DNA from: Chrysomallon squamiferum
Lineage: Eukaryota > Animalia > Mollusca
Length of the DNA: 64,000 nucleotides
Assembly: GCA_012295275.1 (NCBI GenBank)
Contig: CM022673.1
Location: forward strand, 10,354,001-10,418,000
Direction of reading: 5' to 3'
In this document: piece after piece, positions 53,633-64,000 of the stretch
How the letters are laid out: each line of letters opens with the position of its first letter
Position numbering within the stretch: the first letter of the stretch is position 1
Made by a program: the position numbers and the translations under genes
Notes under the pieces: generated by a model
Seen by the model: only the letters and a program-made list of their open reading frames with translations
Told to the model about the DNA's origin: nothing
The model's database searches: none

Positions 53633-56600
53633 ATCAAAGTGCCACAACTATTAAAATACATATTAGTCAATTACATGCATTTTTAGTTCTGTTATTAAAA
53701 ATTAATATTTCCAACAGAATTAAACAAAAAAAAAAAAAAAAAAAAAAACATGCCAATATGCCAACATGCCAATGTCCAAAATAAATGAATTTTCGTAGTA
53801 TACAGGCTTTTTTTAAACAAAAAAAAACAAGCAAAGTTTAACAAAAATGGTCAAGACAAGTGAATTCTAAATATTCACTAAGCAAAACTTACACAATTCT
53901 TAAAATTTATTCTTAATTTTTAAAATGACTATTTATTAATTTTAAAATTTGATTACAAGTATGAAGAAAGACAAAGTAAAAAGTTAGCATTAGTCACACT
54001 GTAAGATAGTAATACAAATTCTACAAAAATTCTCTTTTTAGTCTCAGAGATTAAGAGCAGATGTCAAAAAAACATGTTTGTTACTGTAGTAGTAGAAGTA
54101 GTAGTGTGAAAACAATTAAAAAATAAAACTCATTTTTGCAGAAAAAGAAACAGAATACAAACACAAACAGCAGTTCAAAAGAAAACCTGCATACATACAT
54201 ACATACATACAAACATACATGTGAACAAAAATAAACAAACAAAAATGATTAAGAATGCAACACTTACAATGTGACTGCATCCCTCCTTCAACCACTGTTC
54301 ACGTTTCCAGTCAAACCCATCTGAACATCGTTGCACTGCGTTACACCACTGGCAGTTGAACTTTACATTCTTATGATTTACACACAATCTACAGTCCTCT
54401 AAAATGTTGCATGCTGGGAAATAAATAAAAAAATTTAAAAAATATGTACTCACAGACAAACAAAACACACACACACACACACACATTGATAATTTTTTAG
54501 AGTTATAGAGTAATGTAAAGCAATAACCAATGCAAAAATAAAACAAGATAAAAATAATTGTTACTTAAAATAATCAGAAAATAAATATTCTTATAAGCCA
54601 TATTAAGTGAATAAAACAAATGGAAATTGAAAAATAAATAAAAGATCTACTTACTTGGCAATGGTTTCAAAATAATAACAGTCCCTTGTTCTACCTGCTC
54701 CAAGTCAAATGAAACTCGGTGATACTCATATATAGTTCTTCTTTTCACTCCTACATAGCAACATTATAGTTTTGTTAAAATACTGTAAACAGTTAACTGT
54801 TACTGTAAAAATCAAAAAATATTATAAACCATTAACTGCAAAATTACAGTTTTATTAAAATACTGTAAACAATTAACTGTTACTGTAAAAATCAAAAAAT
54901 TACAGTTTTATTAAAATCAAAAATTAACTAAAAAATACTATAAACCATTAACTGCAAAATTACAGTTTTATTAAAATACTGTAAACAATTAACTGTTACT
55001 GTAAAAATCAAAAATAATATAAACCATTAACTAATACTGTGTCATTAATAAGTTTTACTAGCATAAAACTGCTGATTATCATTTGTTTGGACTTCAAGCA
55101 TGGATCTAAACTGGTTTGTGGTGTTTTTTGTACCGTCATAGCCAGAGTTATTGAGCGATGTTGTTAAGAAGACTAAACTGTGTCAACATATTTTGTAAAT
55201 GAAGAGCTACTACCAACAGAAACAATAAAGATGTGCTAATAGAAAGGCCTGTGTCTGTATAATGTGAATTTTAGAGTTAAACTGGCATTACATTCAGTGT
55301 GTGGTGTATATGAACATAATATTTCAATTAGGTATAAAATGACTGAAATTCAATTCTTGGAAAAAGGCTGAGAATTGTGTAGGGTGTCATTTAGATTTTC
55401 AGAGACATTTTATGACATTTTTGAGAGATAAATTTTTTTTAAAATAACCATATTCTTTGAGTACTGCATCAATGTAAAAGAAATATATGACAGAAAAAGT
55501 CCAGTTGGTGAATTTTGCTAGTTATTATTTAGAATTTCAGAGATTCTTATATCTTTGAGAAGAAAATAAATAAATAAATAACCGTATTTTTTAACACTGT
55601 ATCAATGTGCAAGAAACATATGATAAAAATTTACTGTCATAAAAAATGTATAGTTTGAGAGTTTTGCTGGGTAATGTTTAGAATTTCAGTCTGATTTGTT
55701 GTTTTTTTTAGAGAAAAAAAGAAGAAAACTAACCATATTCTTTGAGCACTGTGTCAATGTAGAAAGCATCTGAAAGTCCTATCTTAACAGGATGGTTCTT
55801 TTTGGATATTTTTGTCACTGATATTGGTAGCTACAATAAATAAATAAAAGTAAATATATTTAAAGAATTGTATTATATTTAATTTCAAATCAACAATAAA
55901 TAACTTTTAGAAATTTCCTCTCAGCAATCATACAATTTTACCATTAACAGATAAAATCAGCAATAAAATGAATGAATGAATGAACAAATGAATGTTTAAC
56001 GACACCACAGCACAAAATGAAGTTAAATAAAACAAAATGGTGACTATTTTCTATGTACAAATTCAAAATTAAAATTAGCCAAAACACTGTGTAAAGAGCT
56101 GTGCAAAAAGTATCACAGTTTACTTAAATTATAATTCACGGAAAATCCTGTAACACTCAGATTTTTTTTTAAACAAGTTCAGGATGGAATTGAAAAGATT
56201 CCTTCACATTTTTTGACCAAATACATCCTTCTGTATCTGCCAAAGATGATTGCACTCCACCAGAATGTGGCGCACTGTCAGAGTTCACTGACAGTGTTCA
56301 CACTGAGGTGGACAGTCCTTCTTAAGGATAAATGAATGGGTCAAACAACAGCAATAAAATGATATTGATTCACCACAATAAAATAAGAAATGAAACACAC
56401 TATTAATTTACAATTTTAAGCAAAAGTATGTTAACTTTACATTTTTAAATAAAATTATTACATTATTTTAAAACTGTATGAACCAACTCACTGTTTTATA
56501 GAGAAATTTGATAGTACCATCCTTCATCAAGATAACCTGGAAATTGAAGGCTTCAGCTACAAACAAACATATACACATTATTATTATTATAATTATTATT

Positions 56601-58237
56601 ATCGTTATTGTTAAAGTTATTATTGTTGTTGTTATTATTATTACTATTTACTATTATTATTGTTGTTGTTTTTGTTATTGTTTTTATTACTACTTATTAT
56701 TAGTTTATTATTATTATTATTATTATTAAAAAGATACTTTATTTTTTTTCCTAGCAAAGTTAAGGATTGAATAATAAAGTTTTCGTTCATAAAAAGCTTT
56801 CATTTAATGTTGTTGTTAATTTTCCAGTCCTGTTTATTTATATCAACTGAAAAAATAAAAAATAAAAAAAACATTTTACACTGTACCACAAGGTCAAATA
56901 CTGTCATAATAAATGTCAAACATAAAAAATACCCAGGCTATCAATCACATGTTCATAATACATATCAAATAATGTTAAATTTGTGTGTATTTATCCTGCA
57001 TTATAGCTAACATATAAAAAGCATAACTGATATGCAAAAATATTTCTATTCTCAACCGATTTTTAAAAACCTTTGTAATTTATCCTGTTTAAAAATGATG
57101 TGGAAACAGTATGTAACTGAAATTAAGATGCTCCAGAAATGCTGCATGTAGCAAATGGCTATAATGTTTTAAGACTTTTATAGTATAAATTTTATCAAAT
57201 GTTTATCTGAATGTAGGTTTGAGTGTGTATAGGTATGAGTATGTAGGTATGTCTGTATATGTGTGTGTATTCTAATGTAATAATATACACAATATTTCTT
57301 AAGAATTTAAAATTTAACATAATAATGAAATAAATTAATATCTAAGTATTGTACCACTGTGATATATTTGTGTAGAAAAGACAAACATCAATTTTAAGTT
57401 AGTAAATGAAACAACAATTATCCACGATGTCAAACAGAAATTAAAACCATCTGGTTTTATTTTTTTTATTTCACCACATTTTTAACCAATCTCTGTTTAA
57501 TGGCAGATAATATGTATTAAAACATGCAACAACGTAACAAAACATTAAGTAAAATAATACCCCTTGAAATAATAATCAAAACCAGGAACATTCTGGATAC
57601 CTGGACATCTTCACCAGATAAAGGTACATTGAATATATTTTGTTTGTGGCAATGAATTGCATATAATAATAATAAGAAGAATGAAGATATGAGGATGAGG
57701 ATTATGGTGATGACATTTTTAGCCTTACCTTCTTTCTTGTGAATATATGCTTTCCTGTGTGTGTGTGTGTATGTGTGTGTGACTCCCCCCTCTCTCTCTC
57801 TCTCTCTCCCCCCTCTCACCCTCTCTCTCTCTCTCTATTTGTGTAATTGTTTAATGTATGTTTACTGGTGAAGATGTAAAACAAAAACATGATGATCAAC
57901 ACCACTACCTCATGCAAGTAACAAAAACAATGTTTCAATAGCTAAAAATTCAAACTGTTTTTCTTTGAAAAATTAAGAAACAAAATTTAATAATATTTAA
58001 GAAAGCAAGCTAAAACTGCAGTTTGATAACATTCACTTACAATTTTTTTTTTTTTCCTTCTTATCATTTACCTTTAAGTAACAACAATAATTTTAACAAA
58101 CTAAATTAATCAAAATATACATACAAATTTAAATGTATAATTAAAAACATCGACAGTAATAACGTAAGGCATTTTGACAATAAATATATAAAATGGAATA
58201 AATTTATCCCGAATAAATATCACTGATTTTTATTCAC

Positions 58238-58270
<33 letters not shown>

Positions 58271-61200
58271 TCTTAAGGATTTATATAAAAAATCTAACAT
58301 TATGTATCCAAAGTTGCATCTTAACAGCTTTTTAATAAACAGTTCATGCAATATCCATTACAAAAACCTTATAACATATGTAGTTATTATTTACTGAAAG
58401 AAAAAATATAAATAAGTATTTTACACATTGGTTATTTTATACGTTTTGTGTTGCCCATTTAGATAAATGTATGGCTAAATCTATGACTGAATATATATAA
58501 CTATATATTGTGAGCTTAAGAAATTATTTCATGTGAATTTTTTTTTCTATATGCTTCATTTTCAGCACTGTTGTAATAAGCTTCTTTTTTTTTTTTTTTA
58601 AACATTTCTTCTGTAATTATTTTAAAATTATTGTAAGCTATTTTCAGCAAAACTGCTGAGTAACAGTTACAAAATTAGTTTATGCTGTTCATGCTTGTGA
58701 ACCTACTGAATCAAAAAAAAAAAAATTAAAATATATATACTTTGATGATAATAATAATCCAGCATGGCATAGATTTAAAGTCATGTAATAATGCAACAAT
58801 AACAACTTGAAATTTGAAGTTACAAGATGTTACAACTAATTATTAAAGAAATTTAAGTAAATGTTTAGCTTAGACTTGAAAATAACAAGGTTGACTTAGT
58901 TATTCAACATACACCTTTCATGCTGTAAAGGATCCAGGTTAAAAAAAAATACACTGATTTTAGTATTCCTTTATAGTTTATTATAATGTAGATTATTTTT
59001 TAAACAAAAATCTCCATTCAGGTTATAACAATTATACAAACATTCAGATATAAAATAAAGAATCAGTCTGCATGCATACATCTGAAAACTGGACGATTGT
59101 TATTACGAATTAGTCTAAACTGCATGCTTGCTAGTTCGTGTGGAATGTATCATTTCACGTAAAGAAATTATGAAAGTTATGTTGATGCTGACTCGTGTGA
59201 CATTTTGAGAAACTGTGATTTTTTAATCAAATGTCTGACATGTTTTGAAATATGTATTCAATAATAATAAAATAGCAATGATGATGATGATGATGATCTT
59301 TATAACAGAGGTGATTATAATAATGAGAGAAATGTTTAAAAAATAATAATTTTAAAAAAAATAAAAAATAAATAAAATATTTGGCAGTTATTATTTTTGG
59401 TGTGTGTGTTTTTTATTTATTTATGTATGTATGTATTCTTTTTTCTTTTTTTTCTTTTTTTTTTGTTGAACCCAACATTGAAGTCAAGCACACATTTACA
59501 CTGATATCTTCCTGACACCAAACTCTATTTACTATCATCAACATGCCATGCTTGTTGGGTAGCCAACTTACATGAAGATCGTTTTCTTTCAGAATCTGGA
59601 AAGGGTACCAAATTAGTGAATAGAAGAAAAAGAAAAATACAAAACTGATCTCAGCAAGAAAAAAAAAAAAATAACACAAGACATTTGTGATGGTAATGCT
59701 CATGCTTCAAATAAAATCCATAAATAAAATGAAAATTTCAAGATTAAATGATGAAGTGGATGATTATATATATATATATAAAAATAATAATAATAATAAA
59801 ATAAAAATAATAAAAAGAAAGTATGTATAAAAATAAAATATTTCTGGTTCAAATATGTATACCATACACAAATGGTTTGGTGTACAATTTTAAGAAACTT
59901 GTGTTATACTGTCCGGGAGAAAAATTAAAAATAAATAAATAAATAATACTTATGACTCTTAATAATTTTTCGTAACAGTATTTTTAAATGTCTTTCACCC
60001 TCCTAAAAACAATTTTAAGTTTTAAAAAAATAAAAATAAACTTTAAAAAAAGTTAGATTGACAAAATTTAACAAATAACAATTATTTTTTAATTATTTGT
60101 TTATTACTATAAACCGGTAAAAATTAAATATTACAAATATTTATGTCTTTAGGTGATGTTCCAAATGTAATAAAAATTTTGAATGTGTGATGATGATGAG
60201 ATTATGTGTTAAGAATATTGTTTTTTGAAAATTAATATTTGTTGTTGAATAATGTTAATAAACATAAGATATTAATTACAATGTGATATTTTAAACTACC
60301 CTAACATAAACAAAAAAAATAAAGAAAATAAAATTAGAACAAAAATATACTAAAAAAAAAAAAAATTTAAATTGTTAGGAAAGATAAGTTTTAAAACCAT
60401 ATTAGAACCTGAAAAAATATTTAAATAAAAAAAAAAATTATTTTAAATTCCAAATACTCTGAAATTTATGTTAATTTATTAAATGAAGGGATTAAGCAGT
60501 AAATATATGAAATTAAAATTAAATAAGTAAATAAGTAAATAAAATACAATTAAACTTTTTTATAATCTGCTGATAATTAAAAAACTATAACATGAACATT
60601 ATTAGGTTTTTTTAAATTTTATTGATATTTTAAATATGGACAAAATTAAAAGAAATTAAGTAATTTTAAGATGTTAAGCAGAAAAAGATAATATAGTGCC
60701 TAAGTAATATCCATTTTGTTTTAATTATATTGAAACTCATCTCATCTTGTTAAAATTACCATGAATTTTTAGCATGTTAAATAACTCAAATTATCTAAAA
60801 AGTTCCACTTTATTATTTTATTTTTCCAAATGCCAAAGTAAAATAAAAATCCACTATTGAAAACTAATTACTTGCTAAAATCAAACCAATAAGTCAGTTT
60901 ACTTTTTTATTTTTTTATTTTTATTTTATTGTTCTATTTTAGTTTATCTTTTTTATTTTATTAATTTTTTTTTATTTTATTTTTTTTTTTTTTATTTCAT
61001 TTTTTTTTTTTTTTTTTTTTTAAAGAACAACAAAATTATGATTGTAAGAGGTTGCAAAAATCCAAGAATATATATTATTTCTAAAAAAAGCCTGGGTTAA
61101 AATATTGTTCTAATTCTAATTTTAAAAGATATAAATTAATAATTTTTAATAAACATGTTTATACTTACTTGTATTTTGATCCTGAAGAAAAACATCTCTC

Positions 61201-61618
61201 CACTGAACCACAAACCTATCACCTGTGGAAAATAAATAAATAAATAAATTAATTAATTAATTAATAATAAAAATAAATAATAAAAATAATATTAATAATA
61301 GTAATGTAAGTTATAAAAAAGTAATAACAATAATAATAATAAAAGTAACAACAATAATAATAATAATAAAAAAATAATTATAAATAAAAATAATATTAAA
61401 TAAATCAAGTTATAATTAATTTAATTTAAAAAAAAAAATTTAAAACAAATTGTTCATCTGAACAGGTTTTTTCTATTTCTGAAAAAAATTAAATTCTTTT
61501 GGAAGCCCTTCAAACCTGTTTACTAGCATGTCAAAAATCTTTGGTAAAGAAAAACTGTTTCCTAAAATAGTTGTTTTGTGTGTACAGAAACACATAATCA
61601 ATATTTTTTTATTAGTAG

Positions 61619-61660
<42 letters not shown>

Positions 61661-61900
61661 CCAATTTACTAACAAAAACAGAATCCACTGCAAAATAACC
61701 TACATAAAACAATTTTTTTTCTGAGCTAAGAACTGCATTTAATACACCATTGCATTTAAGAACAAATTATTTCAAAGACAAATTATTATTTAAAAAGCAA
61801 TCCAATAATTTGTTTTCAGTGCATCACCAATTAAATGAAACAGAGAAATATGTGTATGTATATGTGTGTGTGTCTGTCTGTCTGTCTGTCTGTCTGTGTG

Positions 61901-61937
<37 letters not shown>

Positions 61938-63852
61938 CACGCATACATATACACACATGTGTTGCTGTAACATGGGGTGAAGGAATAGTTGAGTTATTCC
62001 TGTTTTATTATCAACGTATGTTTTTCATGGGTTATTGAAAAGCAATGGGACTGCCTGTTCATGTTAAACCCATACGAATACACTAGCTATTAAAGTTTAT
62101 CTTTTATATGTTTACTGACTTAATACACATGAACACCAGAGAACTGATTGTTGGTGGCCAAGCATGCTTCTCCTGGGCTACCAAATATAATTTACCCCTA
62201 TGACACAAGTACACCAACTGCAACAACAGCACCAAGTATTACTTAGCTAACAAATTAAATTTTGTTTTTAAAATTGAATTTACTTTTTACAAAGCCTGTA
62301 ATAATTATAAAAATTAAAAATAACTAAATAAATAATAATAATAATAATAATAATAACAATAACAATAACAATAAATAAATAAATAAATAAGTCAAGCAAC
62401 CAATTAACATGACTAAACTTAGGACAAACAACTGTAGAACAAACTGGCCACAGAATACTATCTGTGAATTATGCAAATAGAAGGGAAAATAATGACTAAT
62501 TACTTCTTTTTTTTTTTTTACAAAAAACTGACAATTTCAGACAACAGAACTTACAGCAATCTATTTGACATCTGCTGAAAACTGGAAAACTGATACAGGA
62601 TAAGAAATCCATAAAACAGTATCAGCGATCAAAACATATCTTCCTTGGGCTACTGTCTTTCATACTGGACAACAAAAAAAAATATCTTACTTGAACAATG
62701 CTCTTTCATACTAGACAACAACAATTTACTCTTACCAAAACCACATAATCAAAGAATTGTAATAATCATGTTCAAAATTTGTTAGTTTGAGTTACTACTG
62801 ACTCCATTAAAAAAATAATTAAAAAAATTAAATTACATGAGAATTTTAAAAATGAAAAATGAAATAAGGATGTAGAAAAAAGACCAAAGACAGACATGAA
62901 CTTCCTCATTTGTCTGTGAGTTACCAGACTGACTGTGACAAATCATTAATTCAGTGACCACATGTAGAGACACTGTCAGTATTTCAGAATCAGCTACCGA
63001 ACAAGTTAAAACAAAAACAAACGTATGTGTGATTATTAACACAGGAGAGGCCAGCATGAGGTATTCTTTCATTTAAATTTAAATTATTACTCAGACTCGG
63101 GAGAGAACAATGCATTACTTGCTGAACCCAGAATCTTTCAAACCAACCCAAGTCATGAATACTTCTCTTCTCTCAATTAAAATTTGATAAATGTATACTG
63201 GATAATAAATATATACTGCATTTCATTTTGTAATGTTAAATGTTCATGCGGTATTGCATTCTGTGTTAAATATGCACTCCATTTTGTAATGTTAAACATA
63301 ATATATTGTATAATATTTTGTAATGTTATATGTGTGTAATTTCATACTGTTACAAGCATTCTGTATTTTGTTTTGTGATTGTAACTTTACACTATAACAT
63401 ATTTTATTTTGTAATGTTAAATATAAAACCATCTGTTTTATAATGCTAAACGTTTACTTCATTTATTTTTTTGTTGTAATATCACAAAAATACAATATAA
63501 TATTTTGCAATGTTAAGCATGCACTGCATTATTATTATGTAATGTTAAATATATGTCATTTTGAAACAGTACTTTTTTGGTATACTTTGTTAACTACAGA
63601 TGATTAAAAATAACACACACACTCTATGTATAATACTGTATAATATTAAACAGATCCATTAAACTAAGGTCAGTCGCATACTGTTTTGTAATAGAATGAA
63701 ATCAGAATTAGTAATATTTTTCTTGTTACCAAAATCGTCATATAAGATGTCTGATAATTTCCCCAGGGTGGTGTCGAAGTTTGCCATGAGAGGAGCTATG
63801 TACTGTGTTGCTGTCAGCCATTGGTGCAGGAAAGGACTGGCATATAAAAAAC
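46925..63852 (-). CDS. PLXDC2: Plexin domain-containing protein (PLXDC1/PLXDC2-like); 5'-partial, 10 core exons
   Basis: complement(join(46925..47023,47498..47622,48087..48123,52749..52955,54268..54413,54655..54750,55734..55830,56492..56556,61169..61222,63730..63852)). Signature motifs LTATQYIAPLMANFD, HPVKIGLSDAF, RRTIYEYHRV, PSI-domain CQWC..QRCSDGFDWKREQWL and TM followed by HPTTASGLWLME. An invertebrate gene would be co-orthologous to PLXDC1 and PLXDC2, so the symbol is nominal. Confidence 0.93.
47498..47622 (-). CDS. PLXDC-like exon i (transmembrane)
   Basis: ttcag|FPIGATIAVILILLLVFGGLAVWLFYAYTHPTTASGLWLME|gtaaag. Confidence 0.94.
48087..48123 (-). CDS. PLXDC-like exon h
   Basis: aacag|NSTESSCTVTHD|gtaagt; phase 0 in, phase 1 out, fitting both neighbours. 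Confidence 0.8.
48900..49086. repeat. Compound (GT)n/(GTGTCT)n/(GAGT)n microsatellite
   Basis: Read directly. One of dozens of CA/GT, TA and TTA microsatellites in the window, e.g. 6819-6897, 21599-21690, 29297-29365, 31911-32086, 45767-45833. Confidence 0.95.
49879..50103. repeat. 26-bp minisatellite
   Basis: gatgaatattcaaataatcactaaca, about 8.5 copies. Confidence 0.92.
52749..52955 (-). CDS. PLXDC-like exon g (Thr/Ser-rich stalk)
   Basis: catag|NSTLSDCYPSTTTTYMVSSTKLQTKTSATTA...KTTCDE|gtatat; an internal in-frame donor would end the exon at 52908. Confidence 0.75.
54268..54413 (-). CDS. PLXDC-like exon f (PSI domain)
   Basis: cccag|CNILEDCRLCVNHKNVKFNCQWCNAVQRCSDGFDWKREQWLKEGCSHI|gtaagt. 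Confidence 0.95.
54655..54750 (-). CDS. PLXDC-like exon e
   Basis: tgtag|GVKRRTIYEYHRVSFDLEQVEQGTVIILKPLP|gtaagt. Confidence 0.94.
54763..55040. repeat. Tandem repeat abutting the acceptor of PLXDC exon e
   Basis: ttacagttttattaaaatactgtaaacaattaactgttactgtaaaaatcaaaa, 3-4 copies. Confidence 0.85.
55734..55830 (-). CDS. PLXDC-like exon d
   Basis: tgtag|LPISVTKISKKNHPVKIGLSDAFYIDTVLKEY|gttagt. Confidence 0.94.
56492..56556 (-). CDS. PLXDC-like exon c
   Basis: tgtag|EAFNFQVILMKDGTIKFLYKT|gtgagt. Confidence 0.92.
59572..59595 (-). CDS. Candidate 24-nt cassette microexon of the PLXDC-like gene
   Basis: Pyrimidine tract, cactaat, then ctttccag|ATTCTGAAAGAAAACGATCTTCAT|gtaagt; frame-preserving and stop-free in this phase-1 intron (NSERKRSS). 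Confidence 0.55.
61169..61222 (-). CDS. PLXDC-like exon b
   Basis: cacag|GDRFVVQWRDVFLQDQNT|gtaagt. Confidence 0.92.
63205..63560. repeat. Degenerate tandem repeat
   Basis: attttgtaatgttaaatat recurring about 7 times. Confidence 0.7.
63730..63852 (-). CDS. PLXDC-like exon a
   Basis: tacag|GFLYASPFLHQWLTATQYIAPLMANFDTTLGKLSDILYDDFG|gtaac. Confidence 0.95.
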
Positions 63853-64000
63853 CTGTAAAAAAAAAAAAAATAATATATAAAATAAAGAATAATTTTAATC
63901 AAATATATTAGTCATTAAAACAAGAAACTAAATAAATATATAAATTACTTGTATGATGGTTTCTGTGTCTGTCTTTGTGTGTAGGTATCAGACATGTGCA

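Noticed and set aside
57729-57754. Possible 26-nt exon with a strong AAG|gtaagg donor on the minus strand
   Set aside because: The acceptor is preceded by (CA)n rather than a pyrimidine tract, and the length is not divisible by 3.

Overview
Very AT-rich, microsatellite-rich animal DNA, probably mollusc or lophotrochozoan; this is inferred from protein style and repeat remnants and is not provable here. Almost all ORFs in the supplied track are microsatellite artefacts. Manual splicing recovers two convergent multi-exon genes, both truncated at their 5' ends by the window. (1) On +, an integrin alpha subunit of the RGD-binding PS2/PAT-2/alphaV-alpha5-alpha8 clade: 26 phase-consistent GT-AG exons, 4721..33445, about 860 codons, from propeller blade 3 to the GFFKR tail. 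(2) On -, a plexin-domain-containing protein (PLXDC1/2-like): 10 exons, 63852..46925, about 349 codons, with PSI domain, Thr-rich stalk, TM helix and tail. About 13.5 kb of non-coding DNA separates the two stop codons. The most notable observations are a candidate 24-nt frame-preserving PLXDC microexon that swaps an N-glycosylation sequon for an RKR site, a candidate poison exon, an in-frame alternative donor toggling the mucin-like stalk, repeated tandem duplications anchored on splice junctions in both genes, a perfect 70-bp palindrome, and two homotypic motif clusters in integrin introns.
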